From the NCBI RefSeq assembly GCF_004010195.1, contig NC_057719.1:71545017-71603603 (forward strand): a stretch of 58,587 bases of DNA. Direction: 5' to 3'. Both the position numbers and the translations under genes were made by a program. Each line of letters opens with the position of its first letter. Position 1 is the stretch's first letter. Source of the stretch: Chiloscyllium plagiosum. Its lineage: Eukaryota. Of this stretch, positions 1 through 12,635 are shown one piece after another. Under the pieces are notes generated by a model that was not told the origin of the DNA, made no database searches, and saw only the letters and a list, made by a program, of their open reading frames with translations.

Positions 1-620
1 GTGCATAAAGGATCTCACAGGTAGAGCCCTTCTCACCACCAGCCAAGCCATGTCTTGGTGCTTGTTGGAATGTTCTGGCGATGAGGCATTCTGCCAAATG
101 GCTTTGACAGTCTGCTCAGGGAACCGCTCGATAGGATCCGCCCTCTCCTTTTCCCGAAGGGTCTCAAGGACACTACGTGCTGACCACTTCCTAATGGACT
201 TGTGGTCAAAGGTGTTTTTCTTGATAAATTTCTCCATGAAGGACAGGTGATACGGAACGATCCAACTACTCGGAGCGTTGCGCGGCAGCGAGGCCAGGCC
301 CATCCTTCGCAACACCGGGGACAAGTAGAACCTCATTACGTAGTGACACTTGGTGTTTGCGTACCGGGATCCACGCACAGCTTGATGCAGCCACACACAA
401 AGGTGGCCATCAGGGTGAGGGTGGCATTGGGTGTATTTTTTTCCCCCGTTGCCCAGATCTTTATACAGTGAGTCCCTTCGGACCCGGTCCATCTTTGACC
501 TCCATATAAACTGGAAGATGGCCCGGGTGACTGCAGCGGCACAGGTTCTGGGAATAGTCCAGACCTGTGCAACGTATAACAGCAATGACAGTGCCTCACA
601 CCTGATGACCAGAGAGTCAG
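1..620 (-). mobile_element. Tx1/L1-clade non-LTR retrotransposon fragment (ORF2 region C-terminal to RT), runs off the window start
   Basis: Minus strand reads ...LVIRCEALSLLLYVAQVWTIPRTCAAAVTRAIFQFIWRSKMDRVRRDSLYKDLGNGG..., then after a frameshift ...KAIWQNASSPEHSNKHQDMAWLVVRRALPVRSFMH. The F.FIW...R..LY....GG and W....LP motifs are typical of L1/Tx1 ORF2. Confidence 0.8.
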
Positions 621-1348
621 TAAACCTTAGGATGGGAACACCAAAACTTAGGTGGAGCAATTAAAATCAGAATGTTCAGGGGATTTGGTGGAGTGCAGAT
701 ATATTGGAGGATTCAGAGTTGAAAGAGAACAGAATGACATTCAGGGGCAAAGCCCAGGGATATAGTGAGTACAATTTGGGATCTGTAAACAATGATTATA
801 ATTTTAATAGTGAGGTCTGTTGCAACTGAGATCCAGTAAAGTTCATTGGAGAAGGGGTGATGATGCAGCAGGCATTAATATAGGTTAGGACATCGCAAAG
901 TTTTGAACAACTTATGGTTTACAGAAGATAGAATGTGGGAGCTATCTGACTAAGAGTGATCATAGTAGAACTTGGTTTAGTCAATAAAAAAGTAAAATAA
1001 ATCATGAAAATACCCAACTGGATAATACCTACTTGAGTGATTTGAGAAGAGATCATAAGTGAATTGCAAACCAAGCTTGGTCAGGAAAGCAGTCAGTATG
1101 TAATGGTTGGTCTTCAAGGTGGAGATATGAGGTAAATGTGAAGCATATTCCAATTAAGAGGGAGGATGTCACATCCAAATCTTGGGTTCGTTGGATGATG
1201 TTGTAAATAAAGGTTGAAATAAACAGAAAAAAATGGTTTATGATGAATTCAGGTATAGATGCATTACAAAACAATCAGATTATAGAATAAAGGAAAAATT
1301 CAACAACTAGAATCAAATCCTTGTCAAGATCTATGTTTTCACTGTCGA

Positions 1349-1830
1349 TTACGAGGTCAATTCCCGGAATGGCGGGACTATCTTATGCTGAAAGGTTGGA
1401 GTGACTGGGCTTGTATACGCTTGAGTTTAGAAGGCTGAGAGGGGATCTGATTGAGACGTATAAGATTATTAACGGATTGGACTCTCTGGAGGCAGGAAGC
1501 ATGTTTCCGCTGATGGTAAGTCTCGAACCAGAGGACACAATTTAAAAATAAGGGGTAGGCCACTTAGAACAGAGTTGAGGAGAAACTTCTTCACCCAGAG
1601 AGTGGTGGGTGTATGGAATGCTCTGCCCCAGAGGGCTGTGGAGGCCAAGTCTCTGGATACTTTCAAGAAAGAGTTGGATAGAGCTCTTAAGGATAGTGGA
1701 ATCAAGGGTTATGGGGCTAAGGCAGGAACAGGATACTGATTGAGGATGATCAGCCATGATCATAATGAATAGTGGTGCTGGATCGAAGGGCAGAATGGCC
1801 TACTCCTGCACCTATTGTCTATTGATTGTC
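1349..1830 (+). mobile_element. CR1-clade LINE, 5'-truncated 3' end
   Basis: PGMAGLSYAERLE*LGLYTLEFRRLRGDLIETYK...RRNFFTQRVVGVWNALP, followed by a CR1 3' UTR and a short tattgtc-type tail. Confidence 0.9.
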
Positions 1831-1911
1831 TGATAGCTATTGGCTGTGAACTGAGATAGGAGTGTTTCATCAGAAACTATTTCCCTTCTCTTTGTATCAA
1901 TTCATTGATGG

Positions 1912-2126
1912 GATCAGTTGGCTGGAGAGCTGGTTTGCATTGCAGAGTGATGCTAATGGCATGAGTTCAGTTCCTGTACAGGCTGAGGTTACCCTGAAGG
2001 ACTCAACTTCGAGTCTTTTCCCTCATCAGAGGTTTGGTGACCCTCAGGGTTAACTACTTTCTGTCATCTCTTGTTACGAGGAAGCAGTCCTACAGTCTGG
2101 TAAAATTATGGCAGCATTACCTTTAT
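1912..2126 (+). mobile_element. tRNA-headed SINE, old family (second copy at 44761-44956)
   Basis: Degenerate tRNA-like head (tcagttggctgga...gttcagttcc) and a tatggcagcattaccttta tail; clearly similar to 44761-44956. Confidence 0.6.
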
Positions 2127-3164
2127 TCGTTAACATTTTAAAATTTCTGTATTCTCACTTACTATTCTTTTCCAGTAAATCCTAACGTTGATTAACTGAC
2201 ATTGACAATCCCTGTCATTGAGATAGTTAGATAAAAAAAAAGCTGGCAAAAATAACTTTGATAATGCCACTTATTTTGTGTGAAGTCCATATTACCTTGT
2301 AGAAGTATTATCATCACAAGGATTACACCACATTAAGTGATTGACCTGTGATTGCCTCTCACAGTAAGTAGGGATGGGCAGTAAGTGTAGCATTGGTACT
2401 GTCATCCACTTCCTCAGAAATTATGAAGAAAGTGAAAGCCTATGAAGTCTCTGGAGGTGACGAAGAGGTCATTGCTCATGAGATACCTGCAGCTGGATAA
2501 ATTAGAATGGAAAAAGGTAAAGAACAGTTCCTTGGACAAACGATACAAGCAAATGCCATAGCCACTGTATCAAATACCCCAAAAATGAAATCAGAGAAGT
2601 TTGCAATAGAGAAGGCAGCCATCTGGCGCATTGTGTTTATACTGGTTCTTTGCTAGAACAAACTCAAAACTAATCCTCCTTCCTGGCACTTTTCCCATTG
2701 TTCTGTGTAACAGGAATAAAGCAGTGTAAGGTTAAAATGTAAATACATAATGTCAGAATAAGTTCATACTGCAGTTTAATGCAACAGGTGCAACTGCTTC
2801 CAATTTCATATCTCCACAGAATAGATTGTAAAACTCATTTTTCCTCTACATATTATCATTACTCTTCAGTGATCATTTGTTGTTTTTGCAAATAGGATTT
2901 TTGCTAGCCTTGGCAAAGGTCTAAGGAAAAACAATTGTGCAATCTTACAAAGACAAGGAAAATCAAGTCAGGTCATCTGACTGCCAGGCATGGGACATAG
3001 ACTGCCAGAAGTCTTGTTTTTGGTCCGGTGGAAAATATCTAGCTTAATGTTGTTGAGATTTAGTAGCTCCACGGGAAGCAACAGGTCAAATATGGGAATG
3101 CTTAAAGTGATGACCCTGACAAAAATGGGTGAAATCTAGTCAGAATTTAATGGCTATGATGCGC

Positions 3165-3185
3165 NNNNNNNNNNNNNNNNNNNNN
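3165..3185. other. Assembly gap (21 N) next to a poly-G run
   Basis: N run in the sequence. Confidence 1.
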
Positions 3186-4439
3186 GGGGGGGGGCGTGGG
3201 GGATTTAGGAGGGCGTTGCTCATCCACCAGCTGGAATATAGGAGGGATCCCTCCATGGCCATTTCTGGGAATCAAATTGGAATCAGGCAGTCCAAAGGCT
3301 GATGCTAAGGTCCTGGCCACTGTGGGCAGGATGTGCCTCCTGCAAAATCTGCCATCCCTCCCATCTAGTAACACAAGGAGCAACAGCCACTGCCAGCACC
3401 TCTGGAGACTTCAGATAGTGAGTCTTCACCAGAACCTGAGGCTGCTGATCTGCAGAGCAGGATCACTGGGCCCTCGTACATTGTGTGAAAGGGGTGTGTA
3501 TGTGTAAAAAGCCTTGCTGCCAGAGGGAACACTCTCACCAAGCCTCAGGTTTGCCTGACAGTGACTATTTGAGTTCAACTGTCTAAGCTATGAAGTGATA
3601 ACTTGAGGACTTCACTTGGTCTCTGGGCAGGAAGGCTGACCTTTGACCTTTCCATCCCTAATTATGGGGAATAAAGAAGGTGATGAGTTCTCCATCCTGA
3701 ACCTTACCAGACCACTATATAGCACCTAATTCCCTACAACCTTCTCCCAGAGAGGGAGGAAGATGGTATCAAATTCCACCAATACAGCAGTCCCCATTAT
3801 CTCTTATTTCCTATGAAAGAAAATATCACAAACATCCCTCTGCTCCAGCACATCTTTGGATATTGAAATCAAAACCAATCTACTGCATTACTGATATGGC
3901 ATAACTGTGAACGTTCACTAGATTCTAGAAAAGCTCTAACAATTTCTCTGGGAATGCATCTATCTGTGGTGAATCTATTACCCAGCCATAGAAGTGAATA
4001 TGTATATTTGCACCACTAGCCTGTCTCCAGGATTTATTTGATCAACTCTACATTGTCTCCTTTCCTTGGCTGGATCTTTCCAAGATATTTCTGACAACAA
4101 GGGCAACTCCGGACTCTACCACCATAAGCTGTCTCTAACCCCTCCCATGCAACCTGAATCCTCATAAAGTAGAATTTCCATAGTATGCTTTGTATTGTTT
4201 TCCCCATTCTCTCTGACCAGCTGAAAATGTTGCAACTTTCCTTCTTGATCCTTTATCATTTAAGTATCATCAGCCTTTTACTGTGATTTGTCAAATCCAT
4301 AATCATCATCTATTTCTTCAGGAAAGCCATCAATAACTCTTCAATTCTGTCCTACAATTGCTCTAATTGCAGCTCCAATGATAGAAACCTATTATGGTCA
4401 TGGGGCCATGCATACACTCCAGGTTCAAGACCTTCACAT

Positions 4440-5000
4440 TTACTTCTTCCCTTCTTCATACATGAGGTCAACTTGGCCATGAATTCGGTGACTGTGGCTG
4501 TGCAGTCTCTGCTCAGCTCTCTGCAACCTTTGACAATGTTGACCACTCCATTCTCTTCCACTGCCCTTCATTAATATTCCAGACAGTGTGGCAATGAATT
4601 TTTTAAAACAATATTCTTCTGTCCTAATGCAATCAATCATTACATCTCAATTACTTCTGTGCCTTTAGGATCACAAGTGGTCTCCTCCTTTTGGTCATTT
4701 ATATGTTACTCCTCAGTATACCTGCCAGGTTGCATGAAGTACATGGATGACACCCAGTGTCCCCTCCTCCTCTTTTGATTTTTGTGCTTGCTTGCCTCAC
4801 AGAAGGTCCTGGATGAATTGAAATTTCAGTCAGCTCAGTATATGAGAAAAGTCAAAGCTTATGGATTTGCCTTCACATCTATGTTCCTCTGACCACAATG
4901 TCATCAATCATTTCAGTTGTCTATTCAGGCTTAATTAAAATGAGCAGCCTTAGCTTGCCTGATCTTGAATTGACGATCCCGACTCAAACCTAGTATACAT
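4440..5000 (+). mobile_element. Highly decayed L2-type LINE RT remnant
   Basis: ctgctcagctctctgcaacctttgacaatgttgaccactccattctc resembles the L2 LLDLSAAFDTVDHSIL motif; a YxDD-like tacatggatgacacccag follows at about 4740. Confidence 0.55.
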
Positions 5001-5069
5001 TATTTTACCGAAGGAACAGGGCTATGCTGGGACACAAATCACATTACATTTGTTACATCATTACAAGAA

Positions 5070-5416
5070 ATGGTGGCATGATGCATATCACTGGACTAAT
5101 AATCAGACAGGAGTTTGGGAGTGAGGTTCAAATCTCACTCCAGCAACCAGTGGAATATTTATTTTATTAATATTGCAATTGAAAGCTAGCTTTATTGATG
5201 GTGACAATGACTCTGTCATTGATTATCATTCAAGTCCAACTAATTCACTAGCACTCCTCAGGGAAAGAAATCTGCCATTTTTACTGGTCTGGCCTACCTG
5301 TGACTCCAGACCTATGGTAATGGCTAAGCAACCACTCAGTTTTAGAGCAAATAGAGATGGGCAACAAATGATAGCCTTGCCATTTTGCCAATATCCCACA
5401 AAAGAATGAATTTTAA
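5070..5416 (+). mobile_element. tRNA-headed SINE, same family as 51972-52316
   Basis: tRNA-like A/B boxes (ggtggcatgatg...ggttcaaatctc), shared core (ggtctggcctacctgtgactccagacc) and the gatgggcaacaaatg...aatgaatttt tail. Confidence 0.75.
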
Positions 5417-6899
5417 AGACTCACTCTTTTCCATCTTTGGAGGTAATTTTCAGCCATTGACCTTGGAAAACTCCTGCTTACTAATACCACTTGTCACCTT
5501 CAAAAGCATTCTCAAAATTGGTTCTCTTTAACATTACCTTCAGCCTCTTCGCTTAATTATTCACACCCACATTTCTATACCAGGTCTACTTTTACCCCTT
5601 AAATTCTCTGAGACATTCTCTTTTACTCAAATGTTAATTTTAACAAGTTACATCTTTTTATAATATTTTGAATTGATATTTGGATAGGGCTGACTGTTAT
5701 ACAAGCTGACTGTTGTGTATATTTTTAGTATTTTCATGACAAAAAAATGTCACCATTGTGTGTGTGATGGAAAATAAAAGGCAGAAAACATATTCAAAAT
5801 GTTTTCCACGTTATTCAGTTCTTTGGATTGATATTGCCTTCTTTTGAATCTGCTTAATGACGTGGGGAGACAGCAAATGTTTATGTGTGTATGCCAGTTA
5901 AAATGTAACACCTCAAAGAAAATGCTCAGCACTGACAAAGACTTTTATCTTGTATGTTTAGTGTAAATGGAGTAAGCTGTTTGTTGACGCAGACAGTCAG
6001 TACCAGTGAAAACAGATGTGTTGATGTACATGGAAATCAGATATACTGGAAAAGCACAAAAGGATCTTCATATTGCATATGAATGATTGAGCAAATTCAA
6101 TAGTCACCATAAAATAATGTAGGTACAGATCCAATAGAGATCATTGCTGCTAACTAGAACAATGAATCAAGGCTTCCCTACGATACTCTTAAATGTCAGA
6201 TTAAATTGCAGACGTGTATTTAATATAATTGCAGCAATTATTTTTCCCCAAAATAATTCAATTATATTAACCAATTGAGTTATGTAATAGCCCCAAAATT
6301 ACCCTGAGTTTGACATCAAGCTGAAAATTCTTGTCACTGCAGTAAACCCTGATGTGTGTAAATCTGACACAGGACCCTCCAATTCAAGGTGCTGAATTCG
6401 TCATTCTCCAATATTATTATCAAGAATTGGTTATCATTTCTAAAGCTCCAATCTGAGAAATGTAATCAAAATAAGTATTGTTTGTCAATGGAAACAGATT
6501 CAACAAATTAAATGTGTTATCAGAGCTGCTAATAACAAACTGAAGCTACTATGGAATGCTATATTTTATGTTAAAATGTGACAGCACATTCAATTCACAC
6601 CTATCTTTTATTAAGGGATACATTCTTGTAGTATCTATTTCTGTCACTAGATGTCACCATGGCAAGTATCTAACAAAACTGCAGGTTTAAATAAATGATT
6701 AATACTTCACACAGCAAAGATGCATTGAGCAAACAAAAGAACATTGCCTAGAATTCACATAATGTCTCCATCTTGTTCAATCAGTGCAGTCAGCACGTAG
6801 ACATCTTCAGATCTTTTTGAAGGGAATTGTAAATCTCACGTAATTAATTTCCATTCAAAATTATTTGTAGAATAAAAATCAAGTAGTATTGATAATGAG

Positions 6900-7239
6900 T
6901 TCAGGTTAGCAGAAACCTAATAGGTACAGGAACTGAGAGATGGGATGTCTTTTCATTGGATTTAAGTCTCTACAACAGACAGTGTCAGGAAGTAAGTTGA
7001 AACATTCTTTTACTGTGTGTTTTAAGACCTTCCTAACTGTGTTCTATATATAGACAACATTATTTTTATTTATTCCTTTTTTGTGTAATAAACCTCTGTT
7101 CTGTTGTTAAAAAAAACTCTTGTGTGACTATGTTTCAATGACTGACAATCACAATAAGTAAAAACTTAGAAATATGAACTATCAAGCCAGATGTTTTTCT
7201 GGGTTTTGACCCCTAGTGCCTTCAGCTGGGATCATAACA
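6900..7239 (+). mobile_element. Possible LTR remnant
   Basis: aataaa followed by a U5-like segment ending ...ctgggatcataaca (CA terminus). The start is unclear. Confidence 0.3.
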
Positions 7240-7854
7240 GTAAACCCATGTCAAAAGTTATAGTGGAAGAGGGAGATATAAAATTGTAATTACAAATTAA
7301 TACAAATTCTTAAATTGTTACACAGGGTGTGCGCAATGGTGAGGAAGTTAGGAAAGCTAACAGTGAGAATGATAAAAACAGAAATTTGATTTGAGAAAAT
7401 GGTTATTGATTTTCCTGTTGAGACTTAAATGGTGACTTCAGAATCTCACCATTGAGTGAAGCCATCTTATTACCATGCACTTATACCTCACTGATATCTC
7501 AAACCACCTTATTTACATGCAACATACTATTCTCCTCTCCTTCTCTTAGAAACTAGGTGGCACAATTTCCTTAGTTTTAACTCCGAGTGTGTACCTGACA
7601 ACTTCACCTCACTGATTGATTAATCTGACCATCTTCCAACAGTGTCTTCACAACAGCATTCCTGCACCCCTCATTGTCACCACCCTCCTTGACTCTTAAA
7701 CCATGCAAGTTGGCATCAGCAACTCACCACCCTCAGGATATCACCATGCCTGCGCTTGGACTGACATGTAAACCACTTCAGCCCTTCAACAATTTACTTT
7801 GGACCCCTGGAAACCTACAACTTTCATACTTGTTCCAGGTCACTTTGCACGTAG

Positions 7855-7992
7855 TTAGTTAAAAATCACACAACACCAGGTTATAGTCCAACAGGTTTAT
7901 TTGGAAGCACTATCTTTCGGAGCACTGTTCCTTCATCCTGACGTGTGATTTTTAATTTTGTCCACACCAGTCCAACACCGGCTCCTCCACAG
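7855..7992. mobile_element. Miniature Penelope-like (family B) insertion made of inverted terminal-repeat pieces
   Basis: Same terminal repeat as 14739-15084 and 57760-57890; flanked by near-identical tttgca(c/t)gtag at 7844-7854 and 7993-8003. Confidence 0.75.
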
Positions 7993-8215
7993 TTTGCATG
8001 TAGGCACAAGCACATCTCATGCATTTGCACAGACTCTTAGTTTGTGTTCTTACCACTCACTATGCCTTTACCTGGAGGCTGTTGGCAGCTGCCTACTTCA
8101 CATTGCTTTCTTAGCAACAATCATTGACTTTCAGCACTGACTTACAAACTGCCAGCCTCTGTGTGTGTCACATTGCCTTGTAGTTCTTTGGCTGTTCAGG
8201 GTTCAGTTACATGCT

Positions 8216-8348
8216 TCTGGATTAGTGGTGCTGGAAAAGCACAGCAGTTCAGACAGCATCTGAAGAGCAGTGCTGTCTGAACTACTGTGCTTTTCCAGCA
8301 CCACTAATCCAGAATCTGGTTTCCAGCATCTGCAGTCATTGTTTTTAC
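8216..8348. mobile_element. Miniature Penelope-like insertion forming a 44-bp hairpin
   Basis: Arms 8215-8258 and 8271-8314 are reverse complements (1 mismatch); 14-bp TSD ttcagttacatgct at 8202-8215 and 8349-8362; sequence resembles the 3' terminal repeat of the other Penelope-like copies. Confidence 0.8.
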
Positions 8349-8753
8349 TTCAGTTACATGCTGCCAACCTCTTTTGCTGAGGGAAGCCTGTTGCAATAGG
8401 GAATACTATACAGTGAAAGGGGTGGACACATCACTGTGGACCATTGTGCTACATCAATGCCACACCTCCAGGTTGTGTCAGCAGTTTACATAGCAAACTC
8501 ACTGCTGCAAGCAAATTGCATGTGTGAAAGTCAAAGGGAGCAGCCGGCAATGGGATGAGAGGACACTATGGTCAGTCAGACGCTGCTGCCACTGTTGAAC
8601 AAGGTGCTCCCATTCTAGTCAAGGGACTGGCTGTGATCAGGCAGGTGCTGGTTCCTGCCAGAGCCTAGGGATCTGGGACAATGTAGTCCGGGTACTGGGC
8701 CACGGTAAATTGTTGTGGGGCAAAAGCATCCAAAGGGATGACAGGTACTTCAG

Positions 8754-8818
8754 GGAAGGTGTTGTGGAAACATCAGTTCAGAGGGTGGAAGGTGCTGTGG
8801 AAACATCAGTTCAGAGGG
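8754..8818. repeat. 33-bp tandem duplication (2 copies)
   Basis: ggaaggtg(t/c)tgtggaaacatcagttcagaggg occurs twice in tandem. Confidence 0.9.
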
Positions 8819-10634
8819 CTGGTGGCAGAATTGAGCCATTTTCAGGCAGGGCTGATGGGGAGGCCGTAGGGCCATGAAAAGCATTGTAGTTTTCAGAGAT
8901 CTGGGAGTAAAGTGAGCAGTTAATGTCAGTTCTAAAGGAGCTCAATATAAACAGGGAGAGTCCGAAAGGTCATAGGTGCCACAGAGACAGAAACAAAAAC
9001 ACATTAAGGATGGGGGAAGCAGTCAGGTCACAGATGGATCCTGAAGATCATTCAGAACACGAAGTTGGAACCTTGTTATATCGGATCAAAAGTCAACTGT
9101 GTAATAACTACACAAAATGGCTGACACTACATGCAAGGTGAGTAGAATAAGATACTTTTTTCTCTTGCTGCAGCTGCAGTATTCACGCCCCCAGTAAAGT
9201 TAATCATCTGTCTTCAAACTGCACTTCATCAACAGATCATTCATTGTCCAAGAAAACACATTGAAAATTATGGTCTTAATCATGATCATTGCATTATGGA
9301 CACTAATTACCTCCTTGTTGTGTTAGAAAAGCCATTGCCATGAAAACAAGGGACTTTAAAGTAAAACCTGAAGTTTCATATCACAATACATTCCGAAGCT
9401 AGCACTGGAAGATAACGTATTGCAGCTACCAGATTTTCACATCAAGAAGTCAGTGTGTAAGGTCATGGGCTGCGATGTGAAAGGAGACTTTTCCGTGGGA
9501 GGGGGTGGAGTTAATATTTATTGGCAGAATTCTACTCTCGGCGTAGTAATAAAACTTTAGTTTTGCAAATGGATAATGTCACAAACACACAGTTCCTTAT
9601 GCAGATGTGACAGTGACCTACTTGGGGAGACTCTATGCTAGGTTGTTTGAGGGTATAACACAAGGCTTCATTGGGATAGATGTGAGGGCTCAGGGGATGT
9701 TTTAATAAACCTGTATTATCTTTTGGACCTTGCTCACCGATCTCACATGGACATCAGCACGGCCAGAGTCCTGAATGGAGTCCTCAAGGATCCCTGATAT
9801 CTGAGGCTATTTGCAACCGGTTGTAGGTGGGAGGAGAGCACTGCTTGATGATTGCAAGTTCTTTCATCCTTGGCATGTGTGAACAGGCTTCTCATCTCTC
9901 ACCCTGATGCAACTTCAGTTCCTGGTTTGCAGCATCTGAAGTACGTACAGCTGAGCTTTAAATATGGCACCATCAGCGCGAATGCTGGCAGGTCCAGGCA
10001 GTAGTGAGAAACCCTGCCTATTCAATTGTGCAATTCCACAAGTTGAGCCCAGTTTGAGAATTAATGAGATGATGAACTGAAGACTGCGTGAGAAAAATCA
10101 ATCCAAGCCATTGTGATCCGGGCATCGTTAAGCTCACTGGACAAAACATTTCAACTGAAAGCAGGAAAATGCAACCCATATTTTTTCATCTGTTCAGCAC
10201 AAGTCACGGTGGCATCTTTCCAGTTGTGTTCTCTGTCCAGGAACCAGGAGCACAGTGCAGATCTCTCAGGGTGCTTGAGAATCCAGGTGTAGGTTCTTCA
10301 AAATGGCTATGCACTGGTGAAAATCCTACCACAGACGTCAATTGCTAGTGTCAATGAATTGACAATGCCATGACCTCCATTACAAGTAGGGCGAGGAGGT
10401 GGGTCCCATCTCCATATCACGCAGAAGGGGTGGGGTGGGGTGGGTGTGGGTGCGGTGGGTGGGGTGGGGGGGGTCAAACTCTGTGCTGTTGGCACTGACC
10501 TGACACCTGCCATCCAGCCAACTGAGCTATCCTGCTCCCACCTCCACCAAAGGAGACTGAGTTTCTGTGGCTACAGGCATTTTAATATTAGGTTGTGAGC
10601 TGGAGCTGTGAATCTTGATGATAAAAGAGGAAAT

Positions 10635-11120
10635 TGTGGTGTAGTAATAGTAACTGATTGAATTCTAAGATCAGCATTAAACTATTATCAAGTGTAATAA
10701 ACAAAATTATGATTCAATGATCTCCTTTACATAAGTAAATCTACCATCCTTACTTGATCTAGCCTAAATGTTGACTCTGAAGTATCCTCTGAAATGGCCT
10801 AGTAAGCTACTATGTTCAATTCGCTTCCATTCACAGGCTGTGGGTGTTACTGGTTAAACTAGCAGTTATTGCCCTCCCCAGTCACTCAGAGGACAGCTCA
10901 TGTTTGACCACACAGCTGTGGATCTGAATTCCCTTTAATGAACCATTTGGGTGTTTTTCATGACAATCAACAGTCATGACAATCAAAATTCCAGAATTTT
11001 TTTAAAAATTGAATTCAAATTCTACCATCTGCTGTTGTCCGATTTGATCGAGGTCCTCAGAATATTACCTGCATCTCTGGATTAATAGTCTAACGATAAT
11101 ACCGCAAGGCCATCACCTAC
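10635..11120. mobile_element. Two decayed copies of the 51972-type SINE, tail-to-tail (+ about 10635-10815, - about 10825-11120)
   Basis: Similarity to 51972-52316 on opposite strands (e.g. aaattgaattcaaattctaccatctgc...attaatagtctaacgataataccgcaaggccatcacct). Confidence 0.6.
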
Positions 11121-11859
11121 TCCTCATGGACAATGATGTAAACCCATACACAATCAAATCACTTTTAAAAAGACATCTATTTCTTTCCATTAGATGGTTT
11201 ACCAGGAATCCCTCACACTTTCACCCCTTGTCACTGACGGATGTTACAAATTTATGTACAATATATTTGGCTACAATATGCAAATTCCTCCATTGAATAT
11301 CAATTCCAGAATAGGACTTGAGTCCAAAGCTTCTGTCTAAGTATCACACTGCATCACACAACTTCCTGCAAGAGAAGCTTCTGCTATATTAGTGACCTGG
11401 ACAATGAGAACAGGAGGCACAATTTCAAAATTTGTAAATATCACAAATGTTTGATATAAAGTAAACAGTGAGGAGAACAGTTATGGTCTGATGAGGACAC
11501 AGGCTGGTGTACTGGATATACACTTACCATATATATATATACAACTTACACAGAAGAGTGTGCAATGATCCATTTTGGTAGGGAAACATGAGGAATGGCA
11601 ACATAAAGTAATTTGTAAAATGTTAAATGCAAGAACATCTGTGGTTTATGCACTGTGGACTCTAAATCTGGTATGACAAACTCATAAAATGGAAAAAAAA
11701 ATACAAAGCATTTATTTTATAAATAGAGTGAGAGATGACAAAAGGAAGGAAATCACTGCAGATCCTTTCCAAAATATTCCAACGGGAGTTCTGCTTTAAA
11801 TTCTGGGCATCATGGGAAAAATGTCAAGGCCTTGAACAAGGTGCAGCAGCTCACCCCTT

Positions 11860-12635
11860 TTTATATCAATAAATGGTTGATGCATAGGAGATTGCAAAGG
11901 CTGTGGGCCCAGATAACATTCTGGTAGGAGTACCGAAGATATCTGCTCCAGAACTGGCGGCAAACCTAGCCAAGATGTTCTAGGACAGTTACAATGCTGG
12001 GATCTGCCTGACAATGTTGAAAATTGCCCAGTAATGTCTTACCACAAAGATGTCCTAATTACTGTGGCTACAAGAGGAGGTCAGAGGCTAGGAATTCTGT
12101 GGCAAGTAACTCACCTAAGCCTATCCACTATCTGCGAGGCCAAAGTCAAGACTATGATGAATTAGCCTCCACTTGTCTGGATAAGTGCAGATCTAAGGAT
12201 GCTTAGGAAGCTTGACACCATCCAGGATAAAACAGTCTGTTTGACTGGCACCACATTCACCACTAACAACAATCATTCCCTTCACCAAGAACACCCAGTG
12301 GCAGCAGTGCATATCATTCAGAAGATGCACTGCAGCAACTCAGCAGCTCTGACATCTCTTTCTAAAACCTACTCCCTCTATCAGCCATGAGGACAACAGC
12401 AGGTGACACACGGGAACCTGCAAGTTCTCCTCCAAGTCACACACTATCCTGATTTAGAATTGTAATGCCATCGGTGTCACTAGAAAAAATCTCTGTGAGT
12501 GTACATGAACCACATACAGCACAATGGTTCATAAAGGCAGTTCACCACTACCTTCTTATGGGCAATTAGCCATGGGAAATAGTTGCTGGCCTAACCAATA
12601 ATGCCTATTTCCCATGAATATATTGAAAAAAAAGC
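11860..12635 (+). mobile_element. Decayed non-LTR retrotransposon (CR1/L2 group) RT remnant and 3' end
   Basis: LRKLDTIQDKTVCL segment; 3' tail gggcaattagccatgggaaatagttgctggcc...cccatgaata + A-run; homologous to 19755-20390. Confidence 0.7.
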
